A stretch of DNA of 45,807 nt. It comes from Acidimicrobium sp. UBA3029. Its GTDB lineage: Bacteria; Actinomycetota; Acidimicrobiia; Acidimicrobiales; Ilumatobacteraceae. The translations under genes were made by a program, and so were the position numbers. Positions 35,291-44,430 of the stretch are shown here, in pieces. Below the pieces are notes generated by a model. The model searched no databases. It was not told the origin of the DNA and saw only the letters and a program-made list of their open reading frames with translations. Within the stretch, counting starts at the first letter, position 1. Each line of letters starts with the position of its first letter. The DNA is taken from contig DFDK01000114.1 in the NCBI GenBank assembly GCA_002367695.1, positions 41,338-87,144 on the forward strand, given 5' to 3'.

Positions 35291-37323
35291 GCACAATTAA
35301 TACTCCGACGCTCGAACTACGCGGTCTTGAAGTGGCGTACACCGTTCGCGGTATTGATCGCCAAGTTTTGCGCGGCGTCTCGTTTTCAATTGCTCCTGGT
35401 GAGGCATACGGCCTTGTTGGCGAGTCTGGCTGCGGAAAGTCAACTGCCGCATTCGCCGCCATGCGATATTTGCCACGTAACGGCAAAATAACTGCTGGCG
35501 AGATTTTTTTTGAGGGCAAAAATATCGTTGATATCGCCGAAGAAGATGTCGCGCAACTGCGTCGCTCGGCGATCTCAATGGTTTATCAGAACCCAGCCAC
35601 CGCTCTAAACCCGACGATCAGAATTGGCAAGCAGATCGCCGAAGTATTTGCATTAAGCGGTGCATCAAAATCTGATGCGATGGCGATGGCGCAAGACGCG
35701 TTGACAAAAGTTCAAATTTCCGACCCGGCAAAAGTTATGCGACGCTATGCACACCAATTGTCAGGCGGCATGGCTCAGCGTGTAGTTATCGCAATGGCCT
35801 TGGCATCTAATCCACGGTTACTAGTGATGGATGAACCTACGACTGGTCTTGACGCGACGGTCGAGGCTGAAGTTCTCGATTTGGTACGTGATTTGCGGCG
35901 CGATACAGGAACTGCGGTTTTGTTCATCAGTCATAACTTGGGCGTGATTCGAAACATGTGCGATCGCGTTGGGGTTCTTTACGCAGGCGCACTTGTTGAG
36001 CAAGGGGCAACTGCCGATCTGTTTGATAATCCAAGTCATCCGTACACGGTTGGGTTATTGCGTTGCATACCCCGTGGAGGTTTGCATAAGAGCGCCGAGC
36101 GTCTTGACACAATTCCTGGCACTCCACCTGCACTAGGCACGCACTTTGATGGTTGCGTGTTTTCGGCACGTTGTGCGCTCGTTGAAGACAAGTGTCGCAC
36201 TGTTCAACCACAGATGGTCAATATTTCAGACTCGCATGTAGCCAGATGCTTCCACAGTGACAAGGCGATTGCGATTCCGCACTCAATTGAGAAGATTGAA
36301 ATTAAATCAACTTCAAAAGAGCATTCGGCGATTGTCGGTGAGAGTTTGCTGAATGTCAGCCACTTATCAAAAGTCTTTACACAAGACGGACATCAAGTCC
36401 GAGTGGTTAATGATGTCTCGCTGACTTTGGGTGTTGGTGAGACTCTTGGTTTGGTTGGTGAGTCAGGTTCAGGAAAGACAACAATTGCCAAACTTATTTT
36501 AGGTTTGGTTGCGCCCGAAGATGGTGGCATCATCACGCTCGATGGCAAAGGCTTGGCAAAAACTTTGAACCGTCGCGATGTGCAAGATGTTGGTGCGATG
36601 CAGATCGTCTTTCAGAACCCAGATCAAGCATTAAATCGTCGTCATAGCGTGACTCGAATTGTGAGTCGAGCAGTTGAGCGTTTGCGTGGCTTTAATGTAA
36701 GCGATGCACTTGACCGAGCACACGAATTATTGCTGGGAATGCGGGTGGAGGCGACACTTCACAGTGCGAGGCCCGTACAACTTTCGGGCGGTCTTAAGCA
36801 ACGCGTGGCAATTGCCCGAGCGTTTGCAGGCGCACCACAACTCGTTGTCTGCGACGAACCGACATCGGCGCTCGATGTTTCTGTGCAAGCAGCTATTCTT
36901 AACTTGTTGGTCGACTTGCAAAAACAAGACGGCACGAGTTTTATTTTTATTTCTCATGACCTCGGTGTTGTCAGATATATCTCCGACAAGATTGCGGTGC
37001 TCTACCTCGGTCGTGTTGTCGAGTTTGGTGAGTCCAATCAAGTCTTCCAAGGCCCCCACCACCCATACACCGAGGCATTGCTCTCGTCGGTACCAAACAT
37101 TGATGGCTCTAGTCGCAAGCGTATTCCGCTCACGGGCGTGGTCCCAAACCCGTCAAACCCACCAACTGGATGCGTTTTACACCCGCGTTGCCCACGTATG
37201 ACTGGAAGCGGCGTTGAGCACTTGTGCACAAGCACCGAACCTGCTCTGAATGAGGTCGAGCCAGGACATTTCATGCGCTGCCACATACCGCTCGATCAAT
37301 TGCGCAAAGTCCAGACTCAATAG
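35287..37323 (+). CDS. fused double ABC ATPase (GsiA/YejF-like, DppD-DppF fusion)
   Basis: Two full nucleotide-binding domains: GESGCGKST / LSGGMAQR / LLVMDEPT and GESGSGKTT / LSGGLKQR / LVVCDEPT. Each is followed by an HPYT oligopeptide-type C-terminal domain. Confidence 0.9.
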   Translation: MSTINTPTLELRGLEVAYTVRGIDRQVLRGVSFSIAPGEAYGLVGESGCGKSTAAFAAMRYLPRNGKITAGEIFFEGKNIVDIAEEDVAQLRRSAISMVYQNPATALNPTIRIGKQIAEVFALSGASKSDAMAMAQDALTKVQISDPAKVMRRYAHQLSGGMAQRVVIAMALASNPRLLVMDEPTTGLDATVEAEVLDLVRDLRRDTGTAVLFISHNLGVIRNMCDRVGVLYAGALVEQGATADLFDNPSHPYTVGLLRCIPRGGLHKSAERLDTIPGTPPALGTHFDGCVFSARCALVEDKCRTVQPQMVNISDSHVARCFHSDKAIAIPHSIEKIEIKSTSKEHSAIVGESLLNVSHLSKVFTQDGHQVRVVNDVSLTLGVGETLGLVGESGSGKTTIAKLILGLVAPEDGGIITLDGKGLAKTLNRRDVQDVGAMQIVFQNPDQALNRRHSVTRIVSRAVERLRGFNVSDALDRAHELLLGMRVEATLHSARPVQLSGGLKQRVAIARAFAGAPQLVVCDEPTSALDVSVQAAILNLLVDLQKQDGTSFIFISHDLGVVRYISDKIAVLYLGRVVEFGESNQVFQGPHHPYTEALLSSVPNIDGSSRKRIPLTGVVPNPSNPPTGCVLHPRCPRMTGSGVEHLCTSTEPALNEVEPGHFMRCHIPLDQLRKVQTQ

Positions 37324-37349
37324 CCATTTGGGTTTTCCCCCCCAAGGAC

Positions 37350-37379
37350 TTGACTAAAGACACAAACTGTCCGTAGAGT
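37350..37379 (+). promoter_or_regulatory. candidate sigma-70-type promoter for the second ABC operon
   Basis: TTGACT (37350-37355), an 18-nt spacer, then TAGAGT (37374-37379), about 60 nt upstream of the ATG. A CGGAAT/ATTCCG hairpin and an AGGGGGAA SD lie in the leader. This is a motif match only. Confidence 0.4.
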
Positions 37380-37438
37380 TACGGAATCGGATTGGGGTCA
37401 TTCCGGCTTCACACGAAACAACAGGGGGAAATTCCTAA

Positions 37439-39217
37439 ATGAATCAAACTTCCACTAAAAGTGGGCTGTTCAGAAAATTCTCGATTGGTATGGGAATTGC
37501 ACTTGCAGTCTCCACCATCGGTGTTTCTGCAAGCAGCGCAAAGTCAGCGCCTCAAGCCAAGCGCAGCGGTAAAGACATCATTGTTCTGATAGCCGAAAAA
37601 GATGCTGGCTGGTGTACACAAGACTCACCAGGTGGTGCACAAATTGGTGCTTCTGGTTCAGTTCTTGAAAGTCTTACGATTATGAATAATAAGGGTGACA
37701 TTGTCCCTTATTTGGCAGAATCAGTGAAGGCGTCAAATGGCTATAAAACATGGACCATCAAGGTTCGTGCTGGCATCAAATACACCGACGGTGAAGCACT
37801 TAACGCCGACAACTTGATTGCCAACTTCCGTTCTCTCTCAGGTATCGGTCTGTTATACAAGTCAGGCCCAAAGCCAAACTTGCCAGCAATTGCATGGCAA
37901 CAAACCTTTGACATACCTGGCATGGCCGGCCTCACAAGAATGCTTACGGGTTATGCAACAAAGGGTCCAAGTTTTCTTGCAACAAGCGCCGACTACGGCA
38001 AGATGCTTGTCGGCGAGAAGAAGGCGTTCGTCAAAATTGACGATCTCACAGTGCAACTCAATCTTGCTGTTGCTCGCCCAAACCTCAACTACAACTTGTG
38101 GGGAGAAGGTCGTACGCGCTTGATGTCGACCAAATCTCTTGCGAGTTCAACATGTGGATCGACTACAGCAGTCGGTACCGGACCTTTCATGGTCAAGTCC
38201 AAGGGCATCGACCCATTCGTGACAGAGCTCGTGAAGAATCCAAACTACTGGCGTAAAGACAAGGCTGGAAAGAAATTGCCATACGCCAACTCGGTCACAT
38301 TTAAAGTTGTGCAAGATGGTGGACAGCGCGTAAACGCAATCGCCAGAGGTCAAGCAGATATTGCAACTTTTGGTGCTACATCGGGTCAGCAATTGAACCG
38401 AGTTAAAACCAGCCTTAAGAGCAAGGCCACGCTGTATACGGGTCCACGCCAAACGAACTGGACCCTCCATTTCAACACAATGAAGGCACCTTTCAATAAC
38501 ATTTTGGCTCGTGAAGCATTTGCCTATGCTCTTGATCGTGTCAGCTTTGCGAAAGTTGCTTGCAAAGGCAATTGTGAAGCCGCAATAGCTATAGCTCCAA
38601 AGGGACACCCATACTTCAGTAAAACGGGTGCAATCACTTTTGACTTGGCTAAAGCCAAAGCTAAAGCAGTTGCCTACACGAAGGAGACAGGTAAGGCTCT
38701 GGAATTCCAGATGCCAATCTCTGACACTGTTGAGTCAACAAATGACGCAAACCTGATTTGTGGAATGATGAAAAAAGCCGGAATCGGCTGTTCACTCATG
38801 GCCCCAACCACAAGTGCCGCCTACATTGGTCGAGCATTCGTGTTTGGACAGCAAGTCACGTTCTTCAACGTATTGGCAGGCAAGTATGCAGAGTTCACCA
38901 ACCTTTTCTCCACGACCTCAGATTTGGAGCTCTCGGGCTACAGACTTCCTGCGGCATACGGCGGAGTGGGCGATGGTCAACTCGCAAAATGCTTCGACAA
39001 GGCTTGGGAAACTTCGTCGAAATTTAAAAACACACTGAAGCCCTGTGCGGAAGAACTACAGTCCAAGACATATTGGACTGGCGTTTACACCGAAGGACTT
39101 TTCGCTGCTGTTGCAAAAAATGTCAAGGGATTTGGTGAGACACTCTTGCCAAACGGCAACCGGCGTGCGGGTTTAATTGCAGGTAACTTTGATCTTGCAT
39201 CCGTTATCGGTAGCTAA
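37439..39217 (+). CDS. ABC transporter substrate-binding protein, family 5, Sec-type signal without lipobox
   Basis: Signal-like FSIGMGIALAVSTIGVSASSA and an SBP_bac_5-like body (YKTWTIKVRAGIKYTDGEALNADNL). It contains 8 cysteines. Confidence 0.8.
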   Translation: MNQTSTKSGLFRKFSIGMGIALAVSTIGVSASSAKSAPQAKRSGKDIIVLIAEKDAGWCTQDSPGGAQIGASGSVLESLTIMNNKGDIVPYLAESVKASNGYKTWTIKVRAGIKYTDGEALNADNLIANFRSLSGIGLLYKSGPKPNLPAIAWQQTFDIPGMAGLTRMLTGYATKGPSFLATSADYGKMLVGEKKAFVKIDDLTVQLNLAVARPNLNYNLWGEGRTRLMSTKSLASSTCGSTTAVGTGPFMVKSKGIDPFVTELVKNPNYWRKDKAGKKLPYANSVTFKVVQDGGQRVNAIARGQADIATFGATSGQQLNRVKTSLKSKATLYTGPRQTNWTLHFNTMKAPFNNILAREAFAYALDRVSFAKVACKGNCEAAIAIAPKGHPYFSKTGAITFDLAKAKAKAVAYTKETGKALEFQMPISDTVESTNDANLICGMMKKAGIGCSLMAPTTSAAYIGRAFVFGQQVTFFNVLAGKYAEFTNLFSTTSDLELSGYRLPAAYGGVGDGQLAKCFDKAWETSSKFKNTLKPCAEELQSKTYWTGVYTEGLFAAVAKNVKGFGETLLPNGNRRAGLIAGNFDLASVIGS

Positions 39218-39243
39218 TTAAATAGCAAGCCAATTTCAGTTCA

Positions 39244-39281
39244 TACATCTAGAAAATGCGGTGGGAGAAATCCCACCGCAT
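39244..39281 (+). terminator. Rho-independent terminator after the second binding-protein gene
   Basis: ATGCGGTGGGA-GAAA-TCCCACCGCAT is a perfect 11-bp stem with a GAAA loop, followed by TTTTTATTTT. Confidence 0.85.
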
Positions 39282-39304
39282 TTTTATTTTGATGAATTCC
39301 CCCA

Positions 39305-39347
39305 CTACTATTATCAAGCCAGTTAGTACTATTATTAAGTCAATTAG
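39305..39347 (+). repeat. two tandem copies of a 21-nt AT-rich unit (CTACTATTATCAAGCCAGTTA / GTACTATTATTAAGTCAATTA)
   Basis: Aligned by eye: 17 of 21 positions are identical per unit, or 18 of 22 if the G at 39326 that closes copy 1 and opens copy 2 is counted with each copy. It lies between the terminator and the permease start at 39369. Confidence 0.7.
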
Positions 39348-39368
39348 CTGAAAAGAAAATCCCCTATC

Positions 39369-40346
39369 ATGCCTAAACTTTTTCGAATCACACAGCGTCT
39401 TTCCCAAGTTGTACTGGTTTTATTCTTTGTTACTTTCCTGGTGACAATACTGGTACGACTCCTACCTGGTGATATCGCTACAACCTTGTTTCCCTTCGCC
39501 ACAGAAAACGAAAAGATTGCGATCCGAGATGAGCTTGGCGTCAACTCAAATATTTTTGTGTACTACTTTCGTTGGCTAGGAAACTTCCTTACAGGGGATC
39601 TTGGTATTTACTACAGCGCCGGTCAGTCATATGAAGAAGCTTCACTAACTGTCTGGGCGATGCTTTCTCAAACCATTCCACGAACGCTGTTAATCATGGT
39701 CTACACACTCGGTTTTTCGCTGCTCTGTTCAATTCCGCTCGGAATGCTGCTTGCATATAAGGCTGATACCCGTATCGACAAAGTGATCAGCAACATCCTC
39801 TTCGGACTTTCATCTATTCCAAACTTTGCAGTTGGTCTAGGCCTGGCATACATAATCGGTGTCAAATTTGAACTATTAAACCCCATTGGTTACATCACAT
39901 GGGCAGAGGGGCCAGCCGAGCATATTAAATCCGTGATCATGCCAGTTCTCAGCCTTTCGCTCGGGCTCATCGCTACCTTTACCCGCCTCTTGCGCGCAGA
40001 CATTATTTCGACGCTCAAAGAAGACTTCGTGACGATGGCGTCTTCCAAAGGTCTCTCAAATCGTTGGATCCTTTGGAGGCACGTGTTCCGCCCATCGAGT
40101 TTGAGTCTGCTTACTGCTGCCGCACTTAACATGGGCTCCTTGATTGGAGGCGCAGTGATCATTGAAGTGATTTTTGCAATCAACGGAGTCGGTATGTTTT
40201 TGGTTACTTCAATCGCATTGCGTCAATACCTTGCAATCCAGTCCACCGTCGCCCTGATAGCAATTGCTTATATTCTTTTCAACTTGATTGTTGACGCTTT
40301 TATGCCCAAAATCGACCCACGTATCAGGAGTCATCATGGCGCCTAA
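39369..40346 (+). CDS. ABC transporter permease (DppB/OppB type)
   Basis: LLPGD near the N-terminus and EDFVTMASSKGLSNRWILWRHVFRPSSL. No obvious SD precedes the ATG. Confidence 0.85.
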   Translation: MPKLFRITQRLSQVVLVLFFVTFLVTILVRLLPGDIATTLFPFATENEKIAIRDELGVNSNIFVYYFRWLGNFLTGDLGIYYSAGQSYEEASLTVWAMLSQTIPRTLLIMVYTLGFSLLCSIPLGMLLAYKADTRIDKVISNILFGLSSIPNFAVGLGLAYIIGVKFELLNPIGYITWAEGPAEHIKSVIMPVLSLSLGLIATFTRLLRADIISTLKEDFVTMASSKGLSNRWILWRHVFRPSSLSLLTAAALNMGSLIGGAVIIEVIFAINGVGMFLVTSIALRQYLAIQSTVALIAIAYILFNLIVDAFMPKIDPRIRSHHGA

Positions 40347-41205
40347 CCTCAAAATGCTTGCGAACAAACCAATTGGCTACCGACTTTCAGTTCTGTGGCT
40401 TGGAGTGTGCGCAGTTTTCAGTATCTTCGGTGATCTCTTTCCCCTCCCCGACTGGAATTATTCAGACTCGGAAGTGCTCGGCGTTGGCATGTTCTCACCT
40501 GGACACTTTTTTGGGACCGACTTTATTGGAGTTGATCAACTCTCGGCAATCATCCATGGCACCCGATATTCGCTAGGTATCGCACTTACAACCGTCTTCC
40601 TTGCAATGGTAATTGGCGGTTTTTTGGGAATTCTTGCGGCGTACCGACGTGGCTGGGTTGATGCAGTGATTTCCATGTATTTCAATACGACCCTGTCGAT
40701 CCCAACCCTTATCTTGGTAGTGACAATGGTGGCAATATTTGCAAGCCCAGACCCCTTTAACCCGAAGACCACTATTCCCCGAGTACTGGTGGTGATCATC
40801 GCCGTAACTTTTGTCTTGATACCAGTGCTTGGTCGACTGGCACGATCTTCGGCTCTTTCATGGACAGGTCGAGAATTCGTTCTGGTTGCCAAATCCATGG
40901 GTATGAAGCCTCGCTCAATACTTTGGCAGCACATCGTTCCAAACGTGCTACCTGCAATGCTCTCGGTTGGTTTTCTAGCCGCAGGCGTAGTCATCATCGT
41001 TGAAGGCGGACTTGCTTTACTAGGTGCTGGCGCAGAGCCAGGTGCTAGTTGGGGTTCTCTTCTTGCGCGAAATCGCGGAGATATCTCGATTATTCCGCAC
41101 ACAACATTTATTCCAGTAATATTTATTTCAATAACCGTTATGGTTCTCAATTACTTCGGCGACTACTTCCGAACCCAGATTGACGGCAGAGAGTCACGTA
41201 TATGA
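40336..41205 (+). CDS. ABC transporter permease (DppC/OppC type)
   Basis: REFVLVAKSMGMKPRSILWQHIVPNVLP. I placed the start at ATG 40336, preceded by AGGAG at 40326-40330. The track ORF starts 16 codons earlier. Confidence 0.85.
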   Translation: MAPNLKMLANKPIGYRLSVLWLGVCAVFSIFGDLFPLPDWNYSDSEVLGVGMFSPGHFFGTDFIGVDQLSAIIHGTRYSLGIALTTVFLAMVIGGFLGILAAYRRGWVDAVISMYFNTTLSIPTLILVVTMVAIFASPDPFNPKTTIPRVLVVIIAVTFVLIPVLGRLARSSALSWTGREFVLVAKSMGMKPRSILWQHIVPNVLPAMLSVGFLAAGVVIIVEGGLALLGAGAEPGASWGSLLARNRGDISIIPHTTFIPVIFISITVMVLNYFGDYFRTQIDGRESRI

Positions 41206-42176
41206 GCGATTTGATTTCAATTACAGACCTCGTGGTCGACTTCGATACCAAGCGTGGAACCCTTCATGCCGTTCGTGGCGTCTCGCTCGACATCGCTGCT
41301 GGCGAAAGCGTCGGCATCGTTGGCGAGTCGGGCTCTGGCAAGACTGTATTCTCGCGCGCGGCAATGGGTCTGCTTCGCGGCAATCGAGTGCATCGCACAG
41401 GCAAGATCATCTTTGAAGGCACAGACCTTCGTACCCTCGACAATGAGCAAGTACGCGAATATTGGGGCACAAAAATTGCCATGGTCTTCCAAGACCCAAT
41501 GACAGCGCTCAACCCGGTACGCCGTATCGGCTCACAAATGTCAGAATCACTTGTCAAGCGACTTGGCATGTCGAAAGAGGACGCCAAGAAGCGATCTATC
41601 GAGCTTCTCTCGCAAGTACGCCTCCCCGAACCAGAACTTGCTCTAACTAAATACCCACACCAGTTGTCGGGTGGTATGCGCCAGCGAGTGATGATCGCGA
41701 TGTCGATCGCGTGCAACCCAAAACTATTGTTTGCTGACGAACCAACGACTGCGCTTGACGTCACTGTGCAAGCACAAGTGCTCGAGTTATTGGCAGACTT
41801 GCGCAAAGACATGGGTATGGCGATGGTCATTGTTACTCATGATCTCGGTGTAGTGGCTGGGTACACCGACAGAATCGCTGTTATGTACGGTGGCGAAATT
41901 GTCGAGTTGGCAACGACCACCGACTTGTTCGCCGACGTCAAGATGCCATATACCGAAGCCCTGATGAACGCAATCCCGCGCATCGACCGTAAACGTGGCT
42001 CAAGCCTCGCCGCTATTGAAGGCATGCCACCAGATCCAATCACTACGCATACTGGTTGTGCATTTGCGGCACGTTGTCCGTACGCGCAGCAAAAGTGCCG
42101 CGATCAGCATCCTGAATTAGTTGATGCAGGCAACGGCCACATGTACCGCTGCTTTTTCCCAATCGGAGGCAAATAG
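41202..42176 (+). CDS. ABC transporter ATP-binding protein (OppD/DppD type)
   Basis: GESGSGKTV, LSGGMRQR, LLFADEPT, and a C-terminal oligopeptide-type domain (MPYTEALMNAIP). Confidence 0.9.
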   Translation: MSDLISITDLVVDFDTKRGTLHAVRGVSLDIAAGESVGIVGESGSGKTVFSRAAMGLLRGNRVHRTGKIIFEGTDLRTLDNEQVREYWGTKIAMVFQDPMTALNPVRRIGSQMSESLVKRLGMSKEDAKKRSIELLSQVRLPEPELALTKYPHQLSGGMRQRVMIAMSIACNPKLLFADEPTTALDVTVQAQVLELLADLRKDMGMAMVIVTHDLGVVAGYTDRIAVMYGGEIVELATTTDLFADVKMPYTEALMNAIPRIDRKRGSSLAAIEGMPPDPITTHTGCAFAARCPYAQQKCRDQHPELVDAGNGHMYRCFFPIGGK

Positions 42177-42178
42177 AC

Positions 42179-43168
42179 ATGGCCGGCACCGGAAAAGCAC
42201 ACCTTCGCGACTCCCCTGCGCCAATCTTGCGTGTCGAAGATCTAGTTATCGAATATAAAACAAAAGGCCAACTTCCTGTGCAGGCCGTATCTGGCGTAAG
42301 CCTTGAAGTGCACAGCGGCGAAACTCTTGCAATCATTGGCGAGTCCGGATGCGGCAAGTCGACTCTTGGAAAAGGAATCCTGCAACTCATCGAGACTCAA
42401 TCTGGCTCGGTGGTGTTTGATGGCGTCGATATCACCAAGCTTTCAAAAGAAGAGATGCGTCAGACACGTCCAAATATCCAGATGATCTTTCAAGATTCGA
42501 TTAGTTCACTCGATCCGCACATGACCGTGTCATCGATTGTTGAGCTACCGCTCAAGGTATGGAATCGCGGAAATGCCGAAGAACGTAAAACCAAAGTTAA
42601 CGATTTGTTGCGCTCGGTTGGTCTTGACCCAGAGGTAGTTGGCGATCGCAAACCAAGTGAATTCTCTGGTGGTCAGTGCCAGCGCATCTCTATTGCTAGA
42701 GCGCTTGCACTCGCTCCTAAAGTACTTATTTGCGACGAGCCAGTGTCATCGCTAGACGTCAGCATCCAGGCCCAGATTCTCAACATCCTGCAAGAGATGA
42801 AGAACCGGTACGGGCTTTCGCTCGTATTCATCTCTCATGACTTAGCAGTGGTGCGAGCTATTAGCACTCGCATTGTCGTGATGTACTTGGGCAAAATCTG
42901 CGAGATTGCCGACCCCGACACTTTGTGTGAGACACCACGTCACCACTACACCCATGCACTCGTCTCCTCTGTGCCTGTTCCAGACCCAACTACCAAGAAT
43001 CGTCGGGCCATCTTGCAGGGCGAGCCACCATCGCCCACCAACCCGCCTTCTGGTTGCCGCTTCCGCACACGCTGTCCAGCAGCAACCGATCTCTGCGCTG
43101 CAGAAGAGCCTCAACTGCGCGAATCGAGCCCTGGCAACTTTGTTGCGTGCCATCACCCCCGCGACTAG
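42179..43168 (+). CDS. ABC transporter ATP-binding protein (OppF/DppF type)
   Basis: GESGCGKST, FSGGQCQR, VLICDEPV, and a C-terminal HHYTHALVSSVP domain. Confidence 0.9.
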   Translation: MAGTGKAHLRDSPAPILRVEDLVIEYKTKGQLPVQAVSGVSLEVHSGETLAIIGESGCGKSTLGKGILQLIETQSGSVVFDGVDITKLSKEEMRQTRPNIQMIFQDSISSLDPHMTVSSIVELPLKVWNRGNAEERKTKVNDLLRSVGLDPEVVGDRKPSEFSGGQCQRISIARALALAPKVLICDEPVSSLDVSIQAQILNILQEMKNRYGLSLVFISHDLAVVRAISTRIVVMYLGKICEIADPDTLCETPRHHYTHALVSSVPVPDPTTKNRRAILQGEPPSPTNPPSGCRFRTRCPAATDLCAAEEPQLRESSPGNFVACHHPRD

Positions 43169-43235
43169 CCGCGTTACGATCACCAATTAACGACTGACGC
43201 TGCGCAACCTTGCAGCACCCCACCTGTAATCTCCA

Positions 43236-44426
43236 GTGATGAACAATATTCTCTTTTTGGTTCTCGGATTAGTTATTGGTGCTGCAGCCATCTTTCTTTC
43301 TCGCCGACAGTCCGACCTCGGTCGCTCTAGTGCATCGGGAAATGGTCTAGATATCCAGGCAACGGTCGCAGATGCCGTCGGGTCTGCTCTTGCCGACGCT
43401 CTCGAAACGCTCGACCAGCGCGCGCAACGCGACCGCCAAGACTCGATCAACCTTGCTTCCGACCGCGTCGCCCAAGCCAGTGGCGAGCAACTGGGTCGTC
43501 GTGCCGAACAGATCGACGCATCGCTCAAGACAGTTCAAGACAATATCGGTGCTCGTATGCAGCTAATGGACGACGAGATCAAACGTTTGCGCGAAATGAA
43601 CGTGGAGCGCTTTGGCAACGTCAATGAAGCAGTTACTGCACTCGCCCAACAAACTTCCAATCTCAACAATGTGTTGTCCAGTTCTCAAGCCCGTGGTCAA
43701 TGGGGTGAGCGAATGGCCGAAGACCTGCTCCATGCTGCTGGCCTCATAGAAGGCATCAACTATGAAAAGCAGGACACCATTGCAGGCGGTGGGCGCCCCG
43801 ACTACACATTTCTTATGCCACCCAACCGTGTGCTCTATATGGATGTCAAGTTTCCAATGGATTCATATACCAAATGCATGACCACCACCGACACCGCTAT
43901 GCGCGAAGTGGCGAAGCGCGAGTTCATCACCGCAGCTCGTGCCCGAGTCACCGAGTTGCAAAAACGAGACTATGCGGTGTCGACTACACAGCACTCTCTC
44001 GACTACGTATTGCTTTTCGTGCCCAACGAAAGCATTACTGGCTTCATCCATGAAGCAGACCCAAGCCTCATCGACTGGGCCCTCGAGCGCAAGGTTGTGT
44101 TGTGCTCGCCACTCACGTTGTACTCCTTTTTGGTGGTCGTACGTCAGGCAACCGAAAGTTTTCATACCGAAGAGACAGCTGCTCAGATCATGCAAATGAT
44201 GGGCAAGTTTCGTAAACAATGGGAAAATTACGTCAAGTCGCTTGAGAAAGTAAAACGCAACTTTGACAATATGCAAGAAGAACTCGACGACCTGACCGTT
44301 GGCAAACGATTCAAGAGCCTCAACCGTGAGACCAAAAAAATCGACGAGTTGCGCAAGCAGCAAAACATTGCCGAACTACCAACTGGTGACGATGATGCTA
44401 TCGATGATGCTTCCGACGACGAATAG
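43236..44426 (+). CDS. rmuC: DNA recombination protein RmuC
   Basis: N-terminal TM segment, a long coiled-coil, then the RmuC nuclease-like core (GQWGERMAEDLL..RPDYTFLMP..VLYMDVKFP..DYVLLFVPNES). Confidence 0.85.
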   Translation: MMNNILFLVLGLVIGAAAIFLSRRQSDLGRSSASGNGLDIQATVADAVGSALADALETLDQRAQRDRQDSINLASDRVAQASGEQLGRRAEQIDASLKTVQDNIGARMQLMDDEIKRLREMNVERFGNVNEAVTALAQQTSNLNNVLSSSQARGQWGERMAEDLLHAAGLIEGINYEKQDTIAGGGRPDYTFLMPPNRVLYMDVKFPMDSYTKCMTTTDTAMREVAKREFITAARARVTELQKRDYAVSTTQHSLDYVLLFVPNESITGFIHEADPSLIDWALERKVVLCSPLTLYSFLVVVRQATESFHTEETAAQIMQMMGKFRKQWENYVKSLEKVKRNFDNMQEELDDLTVGKRFKSLNRETKKIDELRKQQNIAELPTGDDDAIDDASDDE

Positions 44427-44430
44427 GCCG

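Noticed and set aside
33474-41205. Visibly AT-richer sequence in the permease genes as evidence of horizontal transfer
   Set aside because: Hydrophobic membrane proteins are rich in Phe, Ile and Leu codons, which lowers GC on its own. I did not compute windowed GC or codon adaptation, so no transfer call is justified.
40536-41830. 204-aa and 188-aa minus-strand ORFs antisense to the second permease and the OppD-like ATPase
   Set aside because: These are low-complexity Pro/Arg/Ser/Thr-rich translations. The plus strand has textbook ABC motifs, so they are shadow ORFs.
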